NCBI GenBank assembly: GCA_964541365.1
Contig: CAZIPJ010000001.1
Coordinates: 1-57,294, forward strand
Direction: 5' to 3'
Length of the DNA stretch: 57,294 bases
From: an uncultured Lachnospiraceae bacterium
GTDB taxonomy: Bacteria; Bacillota; Clostridia; Christensenellales; UBA1242
Shown: piece by piece, positions 34,401-49,400 of the stretch
Layout of the letters: each line of letters begins with the position of its first letter
Numbering within the stretch: the first letter of the stretch is position 1
The notes under the pieces: generated by a model
Seen by the model: only the letters and a program-made list of their open reading frames with translations
Database searches by the model: none
Told to the model about the DNA's origin: nothing
Translations under genes and position numbers: made by a program

Positions 34401-37400
34401 TTCAGCAGTTTCAAGAATTACAAAATTGTTTCCGTTGTAATATCCAATACCATAGTAACGATACCCCGTTGGAACAACATAAGAAATTGTTTTGCTTGCA
34501 CCGTAATAAAGTTCAAGTGAATAGATATCATTTTCGGTGTCAGCATCCAAATATCTTTCTCCAAATCCCGCAATTTCTTGATAGATAGTTCTTTCAAGTG
34601 CAGGTTCGCCATATTCGGAGTTGAGAGTGTAATTGTTGTAAGTACCAAATCTAATTGTAAACTTCATTGATGAGAAGATTGCATAGATTGTTTCATTGTC
34701 TACAAGCTCATAGTCCAAAATCTCATCAGTGCTGAATACATTTTCTCCATCTCTGCTCCAACCTGCAAAACTGTAAATTGAAAGCATCTGGTAAGAAAGT
34801 GTAAGTTTTGTACCAAAATCTGCAACAATGCTTGAAAGTGAATTTTCTTGAATATATGCTTTGTTTTCTGGTTCGTCAACAAGTTGCTTCAATTCGTTGT
34901 AAGAAAGAGTTTCAACTTTCAAAGTAAATTGAGATATCTTGCTTGTGAACAAGATTTGTCCATCTTCTTCAATATCTGAAACGACAATCTTGTAATAGCC
35001 TTCCTGTGCGTACAAACCTTCTGTTGCAAGAGCACATTGAATGATATACTGAGAATCAGTTTCAAATTGAGCAAATTCATAACCGTGCTTGTATTTTAGA
35101 TACATTTCAAGTGTTTCGCCAGCCACTCTTCTCATCGTTGGCAATTTATCAAAATCTCTGTAAGTATTGCCATCAACAACAAGAGCTTCCACTTTGTCGT
35201 TTTCGCTGAACTTGACAACTATGTCATTGATAACTTCAAGTGTGCTAAGTTCAATTGAAACATCTCTCAAAACATTTGAAATTTCAATTGTCAACACATC
35301 GCTGACAACAGATGTTTTGACAACAACATCAGCGTCTTCGCAAATTACTTCTTCAAGCATCTGGAAGCCGTAAGAAGCAGAAACAACAAGTTTCAGGGCT
35401 TTTCCAGTTTGAAGTCTGACTGCGTTTGATTCAACAGAAAGAGCTTGTTCTGTTCCATCTGTTATGTCGTAAGCTAAAATTTGTCCAATATTATCGCCCA
35501 AAACTGAAACCGTGTTTGTTTTTGCGGTTGCAGAAATTTTGCAAACAAGATTTTCTGCTGGCATCTTAAAGCTTACAATGGCAACACCGCTTGAAACTGT
35601 CACCTTGAAGTTTTTATTCCAAGACTCAACATTTTCCAATGTATAGCCAGCATCTGCGGTAACATTGAATTCAATCTCTGTTTCAAAGTCAACACCATTG
35701 AGAGTGTAAACATTTCCATTCTTCACAAAGTTTGCAGAAGATGAAATTGAAACATTTTCAACAGTGATTGAAATATCAAAACTTGCGATTTGCCATCTCG
35801 CAGTAAGAGTGTGGTTTTGAGTAGTTGAAAGCACGCTCTGTCCATTGATTTTGTTTCCACTTGCGTCAAACCAACCAACAAAGTTGTAACCTGTACGAAG
35901 TGGAGTTTCAATCCAGTCAGAACTTTCTGCATAATTTTGTTTGAAAGGAACAGTAATCTTTTTGTTCTCAGTCTTTCCGTCAGCAAAGTCAAGAGTAACC
36001 ACCACACCAACAGCTTCAAAATTTGCAGTCAATGTAAGTTCTGTCTGACCTTGTGAAACCAAAGCTGAGAGCTTTGTATTCTCAAAATCGGAAGCAACAG
36101 TTGTTCCGTTTGAAATTGAAACAAGTTCAAAACCGTCTCTATGCAAACCAATGTTTGCAAGAGAGAATTGTTGAAGTTCAAGATAAGTTGCTCTCCAAGA
36201 ATACTTGTTGTCAGAGCCTTTCACAAATTTTGTTGATGAAATTGTTGCGTCAGACGCATCTGACAAATCAAATATAACATTCACTTTTTCAGCTTCAAAT
36301 CTTGCAACAAAGTTGTATGTTGTTGAAAGGTTTGCAACAGTCAACAGAGCTCCGTCAGCACTAGTTGAAACTGAAACTCCACTTGCTGTACCGTTGTCAT
36401 AGTGGATGCTTCCTGTCGCATTGTAGAAGCCATAATATGTGCAATGTTCATTTGCAATCGCTTTAAGAGTAAGTTTTGTGCCGTAGTCAAATCTTCCTGT
36501 GAAGCTTGCAGATGAAGTAATTTCAATTTCTTCTCCATTCCCTGCCACAAGCAAAACTTTTCCAAAGTCGGCATCAGCGCCGGTCTCATCAGCGACTTTA
36601 ATGCTCACTTGATATTTGTTTATATCCCAGTTTGCATCAAAAGTAAATTCAATGTCGTCATTCTTGTAATAAGTTCCAAACAAGTCTGTTTCATTGTTGA
36701 GAAGGGCTTTCAAAAGTTCAACTGTGTCAGCGTTGTTTCCAACATCAATCTTAAACTCTTGGTTTTCATAACTGTAATCTTGTCCAAGTGTCTTTCCAAG
36801 TTTTTTAAGAACAGAAGTAAGGAAAGTGTGTTGCATTGAGCCTTCTGCCACATTTTTGAATGACAATGTCCATTTTTCAAACACAAAACCTGTTCTTCCA
36901 GTAAGATTTGTTGGGAAGTTTCTAAGAGATGTTGTATTTGCATTTGCTGAGTTTGCAGTCAGATATGAATCTGACATAAATGGAAATGCAAGTGCTGAAA
37001 GCTGTGGCAAGTTGCTATTTTCAACATTTGACTTAACATTGCTTCCATTTGCATTGTAGTTGAAATTCAATTTCACTGTAACGGCTTCAATCACACCATA
37101 TTCCCAAGAAGAGAGCGCGTAATTTCCTGCATCAGCCCCGCCCAAGCGGAAGTTGATTGTGATTGCTTGCCCAATAAATTCTGTTGCATAAGTTGCACTT
37201 TCAATTTTCACATCATCATAGGCGTGAATTGTGGTTGTTCCGCCAAGCCCGTCAGAAACAACTTTGTCTTTGTCAACTGTGCCGACAAGCAAGATTCTTT
37301 CTTCGCCTTCTTCGTCAAGCAAAGCCACATCTTTTGTTCCGTCATACTTCTTTGTGAAGATGTCTTCAATTTCTTCCTTGACACCTTCAAGAGTAAGCGT

Positions 37401-40400
37401 TTTTGCAATGATTGAAACAGTTGCATCGTTCAAATTGTTTGCTTCTTTTCCATTGACAACAAACACTGGTCTGAAATCTGGTGTACCAACAGTGCATACC
37501 ATTGAGTAGTCACCGACTTTAAGAGAACCGCTTGTTGAATACTGTTCTTCTTCTGCGAAAGGCATAACTTTGACATCAACACCTTTCTCGTACCTGTTAA
37601 GGTTTACATCAGAAGAATATTCAAAATCGATGTCAACTGACTCACCATAAACGAAAGTTTGGTCTTTCACCGAAACAGTCAAGAGTGCAGGGATAATTTC
37701 TCCGACAAGAGCATCCCCGTCACTTGTGCAAAGATTCAAATTATAGTTTGTCTGTCCGCCGATGAGAGTTGCTTCAACATCATAAGAGTATCCAACATAT
37801 TTAGCTCGTTTGCCATCTTGTGTCAAACTGATTGAAAGAGTCAAGCCTTGAACATCGTCCGCCAAAATGCCTGAAAGCATTTGCGTTGGCTCATCATAGA
37901 CAATATCTGAATCGTCATTGTCAAAAACTTTTGTAATAGTTGAATTTATAAAGTAAACTTCTCGTTTTGTAATGCTTAAATTGAAACTGTGTTGTCCGTA
38001 TTTTCCAAGAGACACTTGGAGATTGTCCGCAGTCTCATCTGTTGCATTAATAACATAATTTCCAAAGTTTCTTCCGCCTGTTCCATTTGCAAAAGTGATG
38101 TTTGCTTTAAGTCCATCAACAGTCACATCACTAAGAAGCGTGTATTTGTCTTCTTCGGCATTATAAGAATAGTAGTTAAGGTCATAGTATTGTTTTGCAG
38201 ATGTTCTTGCTGTGCTTTCAAACACAAGTTGATATTTTTTGCTTCCTGCCTTTTGTGCAACAGTAACCTTATCATAAAGGTTTCCATCATAAACAATTGT
38301 TGCACTTTCGTCGTCTGTGCCCAAAACTTCTGGGGAATTGCTCATCAAGATATAAATCATTTCTTGCGCTTTTGCAATTCTGAATGCACCTTCACTTCTG
38401 TCTGTGACGCTTGCAACCTGATAATTTGCAGAAAGTGAGTTTGCTGACAAAACTTTGTAATAGCCAACTTCAACGCCATCTTCTCTTGTGAAGTTAAGTC
38501 TAATCACTTCGTTGAGTGGAGTTGAGAAGTCGCCAACAAATTCATCCGTTGTTGTTTCGCTTGCACCATAAACATAAATAAATTGTCCACTTGTTTGAAG
38601 AAGTACAGAAATTTCAAATGGTGAAACTGTTATGCTTTGTCCACTTGCAAAAATCAAATTATAGTTTGCAGAGCTTGAACTTTCATCAAGTGAAACCAAA
38701 TATGTATCACAATTTAAGTATCTTGCAGTGGAGTAAGTTGCATCCACCACATTTAAAACAATATTGTATTGTGAAGCTGAGATTGCAAAGCCACCTGCTG
38801 TCACTGTGAATGGAACAACATCTCTTGATGTCAAGTTTCCATAAACAAAATCTGTTTTTGTAAGAGCGATGTAAGCATCAGCCTTTGTGATTTTTCCTTT
38901 AAGTCCGTCAGTGTTTTTAAGTTCGTAGTTTACACTCTTTACGCCTTGCAAGAACATTGTTACATCAATGTCTTCCCCGACATTCGCACTGGCAAATCTT
39001 GCAACAAGTGAAACCCCGTCTTCTCCAACTTTCCCATCAAACTCATTGATTGTGAAAGTTGCAGAGCCTGTGTATTGCCATTCAAGAGCAAGACTGCTTG
39101 CATCAATTTCTTTCTTTGAAATTACAAAATTGTATTCTTCTGCAAAAGCAAAGTTTGAGTGAGTTGAAGAATTTGCACGAAGTGACAATCTGAAACTTCC
39201 CGCATCAACAAATGAAGTTGTGTTTGTTCCTGAGAAGATTTCAAGACTGTTGAAAGCGACATCTTCCACTTCGGAGCCATCGCTGGCATAAGTAAATTGC
39301 AGGTTTGCAGTTTCCGTTACGCCGTTGTTAGCAACTGATAAAGTTTTTGCAGAAGCATCCACAGTCAAGCTGTATGCAAGTCCATTATACACACCAGACA
39401 AAAGGTCTTTATCCAAAGTTATGTAAACAAGATTTTCTTCTGTCTTTACTTCAAAACCATTATTTTCTGCTTCAATGCTCAAAACAATGCTTCCGTTTAC
39501 ATATTCTGTTTCTGCCAAAGCCAGAGAATAATGTCCAACAACTGCTGGACTTCCAACGGTTGCACCAACAACACTGTAAAGAATATCAAATGTGTCGCCC
39601 GTTTCACTGAAAGTGTAGGTTTCTTTATAAGTTGCTTCAATATTTTCGCTTGCAAGAATTGAGAACTGTCCAACTGAGATTCCTTTATTGATTCTCTTTT
39701 CAGCAATCACAACTGTTGGCAAGTAAAGATTCATATTAAAATCATCAAATGAAGCTGTTGCTTGAAGTTGATAACTTCCTTTATATACATAACCATTTGC
39801 ATTTGCAAGAGCAGTTGTTGGCAAAGAGTATTGAATATTATAATAACCGTTTGCCAAAATGTCAGATACATCATTCCCGTTCAAGTCAGAAATAGTGTAG
39901 TTTTTGTTCACATTAGAGTCAAGATTGCTTATTGAAATTTCACCATATTCATAAACATCCTTGCTCATTGTTGCAGTAAGTCTTGCAGACAGTTTTGAAA
40001 TTGTCGCTTGTGCACTGCTTTCTGAAAGTTGATAGTTTGAGATTGCGTCTGATGAATTTGTATCCAAAAGACTTAAATCAACTCTGGTCTGTCCAGCGTG
40101 TGCACTTGCATAAGTTGCCAAGATGTAAACGCCGTCAAAACTGTCAATGTCTTCAATTTTTGTGCCACTAACATCAAAGTATTCTGTTGCTTTTCCGTCG
40201 TACACTTTGTCCAAAGCAAGTTCTGATGCATCAATCAAAATCTTTCCGACAACAAATTGATAACCTTGTGCAAAAGTGAGATTTGAATAGTATTTTGAGA
40301 TTTCTTCCAACCCTTCAAAAACATAAGTATATGTTCCACTTGCTGTAACAGTTTCGTGTGACGCAGTGTCAAACAGTTTAAGCTCAACGTTTTTGAAACT

Positions 40401-43400
40401 ATCCAAGAGCAACGACAAAACTTCTGAGTTTGAAATTTGTGCATCAGCAGTTTCGTCAAACAAATTCAAAGTCAAAATCTTGATTGGCAAGCTTCCATTG
40501 TAAATTTTAAGCGTCAAGTCATCGAGTTCAACTCTGTATCCATCCGCACTGTAACCCACTTCAATTGTTTCTGGATTTGCATCTGAAACCTTGTAGGACA
40601 GTCTCAATGTTCCACTTGTCAAAATTTCAAAAGTTCCAACGCTTGTTGTTTTTCCAAGTTGTGTAAGTTTTCCATTTTCAAAGAGAACAACTCCGTTCAT
40701 CTTAACAGTGTAGTTGTCTTTCAAAGCTTCTGTCAATGAAGCAACTGTCAAATCATAAGTTCCAACATCTTCGCCAAAGCCCCTTACAAAGCTGAATCTA
40801 ACTGTCTCATTTGCAAGATAGATGTCTCTGATAAGTTCTGGTTCTTCACCGTTGAAGTTTTTGCTGTACTTAATCTCATATTCTGAAAGTTCAACTTCAT
40901 AAGGTTTAACAACAACTTCAAAAGTCAAAGTGCCAAACTCTGCTGAATTTGAATATACAACATCGCTTCCTGACACTGTGATTATATATGTGCCAGCGTC
41001 TTTCATTGATGTAGTCAAAACGCCATTTCTTGTGATTTGGATGTTTAAATTTCTTGCGCCAGCATAATATTCAAGCAAATAATTTGGATTTTCTCCATAC
41101 TGTCCAAGTTCGGTATCATAAATTGCATATTCAACTCTGAAATACCAATTATTGAGCTTATCTTGTCCGTCATAATCAAACTCTGAGTCACCAACAAAAG
41201 TGATTTCATTGAGTTTATTTTTGATAAACTCCATTTCAAAGGTCACTTCAAAGGAATTTGTTGCACCTTCACTGCTTACAAGTGCAGTTGTCAAAAATTC
41301 TTTCTTAACATTTGCGGTTACAACAAGTTTGTAAGTCCCGTTGTCATCAACTGTTCCATTTCCATCAAGAGTGAATCTTTCAACTCTTGAAATAAGTTCG
41401 TCGCCCTTGTACCATTCATAAGTGTAGTTGAAAAGGTTTTCGTTTTTGTTATAGATGCTTACAACATCGTCAACAGACAAATATTCAAATCCATAAACAC
41501 TTGTCTTATACTCTGTCAAGCTTTGTCCATAAGTCATCTCTTCAATCATCCACTTAGCTTCAAGTTCAACCTTTGCGTGTCTGTCAGATGAATTGATTCC
41601 TTTAAAAGTTCCATCAGTGCTGTCAAAAAGCTTTTCATAAGAAACTTTCGTCTTTGTTGAAGTCAAAGAAGCAAGCTTGAAACCATTTTCGTTTGGCATA
41701 AGCAAGTCTTCAACAGTTGAAGCACCAAGTTTAAGCAATGAAGTTGTTGCAGAAGAAGTTGAGTAGTTGCTTGGGAAATTTAAGTTGTAATTTACCAAGA
41801 CCATATCTGTATAAACTGCATACAAATTGTAAGTTGTCACCATTCCGGCTTCTTCTGATAATGAAGCTTTTTCAATTGTGAAACTTGTGTTGTTTTCCAT
41901 CGTTCCGTCGATATTGAAAGTCTCAGTTTCGCTCCACTTGTAAAGAGCCAAATAGTCACTTAAAGATTTTTCTGTTGTTGAAACAGTTACTGTCAAAACA
42001 AACTTAGACAAAATCGCTGAGATTTCGTTTGCGTTGTTGTTTTCGATTTGACAAATAATAACGCCGTTGTCTTCATAGTTTCTTACCTGCAAGTAACCAT
42101 TTGTTGAATCTGACAATCTTCTCACCCCAAGTCCATCGTTCAAATCATAAGTAACTTGTGTGATTCTAAGCAAGTTTTGAGAAACTGTTGTTGGCAATTC
42201 TCCAAAGTTCATAAAGCCATTAAGATAGGTCAAATATTTTGCAGAAATGTCAATTGTTGCAACCCCGTCAACATTCAAAATTGAGAAGATATCATCTTCG
42301 CCAAGGATGAGTTTATAACGGTTTGTGACATCAGTCATCACAATCTCGCCATTCAAAACGCTTCTTTCATAGATTGAAACATTTGTGTAATACAGATAAT
42401 TCTTATCAGAAACAAAGCTATAATCTACATCCTCCTTTTCTTTTCCATTGTTTGAAGTAAGAAGATTTGCTTTTGCATACAATGTGTCGTCAATCTTGTA
42501 ATAGCCTTCAAAGCCTTCAAGCATAAGTTCTTGACGATTTCCTTGCCAAGCTGATGAAGCACTTGCAAGATTTGCGTTGTAATAGGCAGCTTTTGACGCA
42601 GCTCTATTTTCAACTTCCAAAAGCTCTGGCAAAATATAAACTTGCCCAAGGTTGACATACGCATCACCATTTTCGTCGTAGTTCAAAACGAAATTGCCAA
42701 GGCTGTTTTGTCCATCAGCATTTCTTATGTAAGCTCTGAAATAATAAGTTGTGTCAACATTTATGCTTGTTGCAGATATTTCAACTCTGTCGATTTCAAC
42801 TTCTCGTCTTGGGTTTTCCACAGTTGGAGAACTGAACACAATCGAATTATTATAAACAGAGAAATCATTTATTGCAGAATTTTTATGGTTGTAGAAATCG
42901 AAGAAATACATTCTTGAAACAACATTTTTTACATCATTTTCAATAGTTGCTCTCTGCTCTGCAAAATCAGCATAAGTCATTTCTTTGTAAGTTTTGTAGT
43001 TTGTTGAAGTGAGCATATAGAAGTATTTGTACATCACAAACTCATACGCTTGCTTGTTTGTCACACCTGATGTAACAGTGCTGTCGAGCGAACTTAAAAC
43101 ATTCTTAACAAACGCATCAAAAGTGTTGCAATTTTCAATACGTGCCATTGTTGCACTTGGCACAAACTTAGACATAATTCTCTTGACATTAACAAGCCAA
43201 ACATCTTCGTTGTCACTTTCAATTCCAACAGAAAGAGTTGTTTCTGAAATCTGTGCGTAAAGACTGATTGTTTGTGTATAAAGTGTCACGCCTTCTGAAA
43301 TCAGGTCTTCCAATGTCAATACAAGCGTCACATTGTACAAGCCGACATTCTCAGCAGAGAAAGCAGAATTTCCAATTACATCAACCATAGCGGAAGTGAT

Positions 43401-46400
43401 TTCAACATTCACTTTTGCCCCAACAGCATCGTTTACAGTGATTGAAATTGTTTGGTCGTCAACAATTTCCACGATATACCCATCTGCATTAAACCCATTT
43501 TCAAAGAACTCTGCAATGTAGAACATTACATCATTTGATGTGTACTGTTTTGAAATCAAATTTTGTGTAAGGCTCAGAGCAAGATGAGTTGAGTCAAATT
43601 GCCAGTCGATGAAGATTTTAAGTGATACGTCTTCATTGTCACTCAGCACGCATCCAGGAAGAGTCTCACTAAACAAAGTTGAAGATGTAATTGTCTGAGT
43701 GTAAGTCCCGCTTGCATAAACTCCATTGAATACAAACCCTTCACGAGTTGGTGCATTTTCGCCTGCCATCAAACCGTAAGCATTAAAGGCTTCCGCAAAT
43801 GAAGCACCATATGCCATTTCAAAATCAATTGTGCTTTCGGCTTCATTCCCAGCAATTGTGTTTGCCCCATTTGTCACAAGTTGAACCTTGTAAGTCTTTG
43901 GAGTCCAAAGAGCATAGACATTTAAATTGTTTGTTGAAATATAATTTCCAAATTCATCAATAATTGCTTCGTACGCTTTGCTTTGTCCGTTTTCATCAAA
44001 AACGATTGTATCTTTGTCGTCAATTGCAAGTGTCCAACCGGCAAGCGCATAACCAACTTTTGAAATGTCATTAAATGTCAATACGCCTTCCACTTTTTGG
44101 TCATAGTTTACTGTGATTGAAACACTTTCGTTTGCAACATTGTCTCCGCCAAACACACCTTGGTTTCTTGAAAATTGAATAATGTATGAGTTTGGAGTCC
44201 AGTTTCTGTAAACGACAAGCTCGATAGAAGTCTTGTCGTCAGTTGTGCCGACAAAGTAAGAACTTGCAACAAAGAGTTGTGAGCCGTTCAATGCCCCGCT
44301 ACTTGCACCGTTTGACCAATACCAATACGCATTTGCTGGTGTTGTATAGCCAACTCTGCCAGCAAACAACTCGTCAATAACAACACTCTTTGCTGTTCCG
44401 TCAACCATTGTTTCAAAATTTGGATTTGTTGTGTTTAAGTAGATTGAACTTCCAACACCAACATCAGAAATTGTAACAATTGTATTTGCTGTCTCGTTTC
44501 CATCCACATCAAAAACTTTTCCATTCTTTCCATCGGTGTAAGCACCATCAATTCCATTTCCAGTGCCTGAAACAAATGAGATGTTTGCGGTCTTTCTTGT
44601 CAAAATAGGAACAAGCGTGTAAAGAGTCAAGTTTTTCATTGTTTCATCATTTTCCAATTTGTCAATGAAGAAACTCTTAACTGACGCCCCAGTGAATGCA
44701 ACCCCATCACCTGAATAAATTGTGTCCACCACAGCATTTGATGAATTCAAAATTATAAAGCCATTGAAATAGTATGAATCGCCGTTTGTTCCACCTTTAC
44801 CAAATGACACAAACAAATCTTGCTCTGCATCATTTGCAGTATCAACACTGTAAGAATAATTGATTCTGTTGAATGATATAACAACACCCAAACTTCCTGC
44901 GGTTGTGTAAGAGTCATCACCTGTCACTGAAACTCTGTCGCTAAGAGTTATGTCGATTTCTTTTCTGATATAAACAGCGTTTATTTCAACTTTGTAATTT
45001 CTCTTTCCAACAATTTCTGCTGATGTTACACCTGTTGCAACATAGTCATAAATTGATGAGAAAACAAACTCAATATCCTGACTTCTGCCTAGATTAGCAT
45101 CAAAATCTTTCAAAAAGCCTGACCACTTTTCACTTTCAACATACCAGTCAAAGAATGTGTAACCGTTGTTGTCTCCAAGTGCAGTTTCCATTGAGATTTC
45201 ATCGCTGAAAAGGATTGTATCATCTCCGCTCTCAATTGCCTGTGCATTTTTCTTTGCAACGACAGTTGGCAAACCTTGAACCAAATTCTCATCAGTAAGG
45301 ATTGTCTTGTCTAATGCGACCATTGCAGAATAGTTTTCGCTCTGGTCATATTTGATAAACTTTGTACCAAAATCGATTGAGTAATTTACCGGCTGACAAA
45401 CAAATTTGATTGTGTATTTTCCAGCACGAAGCTCATTTGTGAATGAAAGTGTAAACTGATAATTGTCATATGCAGTTTTGTCTGCATTGTCATACATTGA
45501 CAACTTTCCATTTTTGCTTACACTGCCCACGCTGAAAAATTCTGCATTGTTTTCATTGAAATTATTGAGCCAACCTTGTCCATTATCACTTTCAGAAACT
45601 TGTGTTGCAACAGTTTCTGCAACAATCAAAACATTTTCCTTTGCATTTGGAATATTTCTTCCAGTCAAAACAACTGAAATCTTTCCATCCAAAGTTGTTT
45701 CCAAAAGTTTGTAATAATCAGACGCTGTGAAATTTATTTTAACATCTTGCGTTTTTCCATCATCTGGCAGCCCCAAATTTGTATTTCCATCTATGTAAGC
45801 TGTTGGCAAAATTCCCGTTCTGATTGGATTTCCGTCAACATCGACAAACTTCAAATCAAACGAAACTTTTGTATATTTTGAAACAAGTGTGATTCTTGAA
45901 TATTCTTCATACAAATCACCTGCAACAGACCATCCAATTTGTGAAGTTAATCCGTCTGCGATTTCATCAATTTTGATATCGTGTTGAATTTTCTTAATAG
46001 AATCTCCATCACTGAAAGCTTTTGTCAAAACTTTTGTGTTTGCATTTTTATAGACATCATATTCTCCACCATTTTGGAAATTGTCATAGTTTCTGTCTGG
46101 GACAACAATCTCAGAAGCATCATCTTGCACACTTCCCAAAAGCACGAATTCCGCACCAGTCAAATAAGAGATTTTTCGGAATGTCGTTTCATCATCTGAC
46201 AAAACCAAAGTCGCAATAAGGTCAATCTTTTCCCAGTTTTCGTTTTGATAGAGCATTTCATAAAGCACATACGCTGGATATTCAACTGTGTTTAAACCAA
46301 CTTTCTCCAAATAAGTTTCTTTAACAAATTTGAAATATCTAGTTTTCTCTGTGCCATTGTCATCAAACTTATATCCAAGCAAAACATCGGTGTACGCTGA

Positions 46401-49400
46401 CATATCAATATCAAATGCGTGTCCGTTTGAATCATCTTCTTTTCCGACAGTTTCAGCAGAAGAAACGAAACTCTTGTTGATTACATCATAACCAACAAAC
46501 AGCTGTTCAACAACTTTTGTTGTGGCAAGCATTGCTTCTGGCGCACCATCAAAACCATTTGCAAAAACTGAAAGCTCTTTTGTATTTGGAATGTTTGGAG
46601 CAAGTGCAAAGTACAGTTCATCAGAGCTTACATTGAGTTCTGTACTGAACAATTTTCTCTGTACAAAAACATCAAGAGTATAGTCTCCAACAAGATTCAA
46701 GAAAGTTTGTCCGTCAACTGCAAAAGCTGAATAGTCTTGCTCAACACCCGCTTCACTTGTCACACTGCTTCCTTTTGCGTAGCTCATATGACCAAAATTG
46801 AAGTCTGTTCCGCTTGCCAAATCTCTCAAAATGATATTACCTGAAATATCATAACCACTCTTAAAATTGAATTTAAGACTCAGTCCGTTTGTTGTCAAGT
46901 CACTGAATGTTGTATCAAAATCAAAGGATACGATAAGTTTTCCATTTGCATCTTCACTGCCGAGCAAGCCTTGCTTTGTCCAATTTTCAGTTCCGCCATA
47001 AGAAGAAAGTGTCACACTCTCAATTGCATCAGCCAAATCAAGATTTCCAAGAATTTTGTCATCAGTCTTATTGAACGCAACATTAAATTGATAATTAACT
47101 TCGGAGCTTCCGACCCACTTCACATAAATCTCTGAGTGTTTAAGATTTTCATCATTTGCAAAGGCTGTTCCGTCAACCAAAGTTCCAAACAAGTCTCCGT
47201 CTTTCTCAAAGTAGAAGCCTTCAATAGTGAAGTCCTTTCCCCTGAGCAAGTTGCTTCCATCTGCACTTGCAACCTTTCCGTCTTTCGTTGGAGTTGTATT
47301 GAAAATGTGTGGATAATCAATGCTGAGAATTGAGTCATATTCCACTTGATAAACTTGGCTTCTTACATAGCTTGCGGTGTTGTCAGCCTTGAAATTGTCC
47401 ACTTCATATTGGTTGTAAACAACTTGAAGACTTTTCGCTTGTTGCACTTCAAAGTTTGCACGAAGTCCCAAAATCAATGCACTGTTTAAAGCACCAAAAT
47501 TTGTTGCATCAAGAGCAAAGGTTGAATGCGCACCACCAAGCATTGAGTAACTAGTAAGTTTTGAGCCTTTCTTAACCAAAATGTCAAAATGGTTGTCTTT
47601 TTCAGAAATTTTGTCAGAAAGTTGTGGAAGTGACATCCCCCAACTTCTGTCAGGAATATTTACAGTTTCAATTCCGTCAGCGTCATATGTTGCTCTTGAA
47701 AGCAAATCCCCTTCGGCATCAACCATCAAGTGATATGTGCCAGAAATTATTTTTCCGTCTTTGTCATAGAAAACACCACCATTTCCGTCGAGTTCAACAT
47801 CATATGCAGTTTTTGCTCCTGTCACCGAGAGAGTTTTTATTTCCCCGTCAACAAGGTTATTTTTCCCATAAGCAACAGTAAGAGCATCGCTTTCTGCTTT
47901 TCCGACTGTTTTAAGTCCATAAATATTTGAGTTGTCGACGCAGTTTGCAAGGTATGTATTTGCCCGAGCATAACCTACGAGCGCTCCCATAACACCTGCA
48001 CTTGTCGAGCTTTCAAGACTTCCTGTACCGCCATTGATAAATCTTACATCTGCAACAGTGAGATTTTTAATAACAGCATTTGATGTCACACCAAAAAGTC
48101 CGTGGTAAGAATATTGGAATTGAAGAGAACAAGTCATTCCATAGATTGTGTGACCATTTCCGTCAAACACCCCAGAGAATGCATTGTCATTTGAAGCACC
48201 GATTGGTTGCCAAGTTCTCCCCGTCAAATCGATATCATTTTGCAAAGAGAAATATTTCCCTGACCAGTTTGCATTCCCTTGTTCACTTGCATCATAATTT
48301 GCTGACACATAACCAAGGTCAGAAGCGGTAAAAATCAAATATGGATTTTCAAAACTTCCATCTCCTTCAAGCTCTGTTGAAAAAGATGTGTCATTATTTG
48401 GATTTCCAAGATTTTGAGTTTTGAGAAGATAAGGATAACTGTTGTTGATTCCTGTTGAAATCCCCCACACTGTTTCAAAATCCCAAGTAGCATCCGCGAA
48501 ATATTTTTCATTTGAATAAAAACTCTTTGTCTTTGCAAGCGTTGCAAGCCCAATCACAGCAGTCGAGTCTGCAACATAAGAGTCCACATTATGCCAAACA
48601 TTTGACACTCTCACTGTGCTTCCGTTTGGATTTGCATAGATTGGAGAGTTGTTTCTTGCTGAGCGTGCGGTATCAATATTGAAGCAGTTTGAGATTGTCT
48701 TTGTTCCGCTTCTTGCAAAAAGTCCAAAAAGACCACTACAATACTTGCTGTCATCGTCAGAGTTTTTCCAGTCAAGCTTTCCAGCATTGTAAAGATATGA
48801 CATTTGAAGAGAGCCAGTCACCCCTGCAACATTTGCAACAAGTCCAGCTGTGTATGTCCCTGAGTTTTTCACACTTCCAGCATTGTAAGAATTTCTGAAA
48901 TTTCCAAAGGCATCAATTTGACCAAGAAGACCGCCAGCATAAGTTGCATTTACATCAATGCTGCCCTTAAATGCAATTTCTTCAAGCGTACCGTTACCGA
49001 CAGCGTATTTACCAAACACACCGCCAACTGCGGTTGATGCACTTCCGCCTGCCTTTGTTGAAATCTCCACATCTGAAAGGATGTTTGAAACATTACGAAG
49101 TGTCGAACCAACACTTTCACCAACAGCACCGCCGACATAGTTTACACCGTCGACTTCAATCTTACCTGTCACTGAAAGGTTTCTGTTTGCACCGGTTGAA
49201 GTATTGAGATTTCCGACAATACCACCAACAGCTTCCTTTCCACTTGCCTTAATATCAACATCGACAAGGTTAAGATTGGAAATCGTTCCAACAGTTGTTC
49301 CAAACAAACCAACATAGTTTGAAGTGGAATTATGAATTTTTAAGTTGTATATGTAATGACCATTTCCGTTGAATCTACCTTTAAACATATGGTTGTCGTC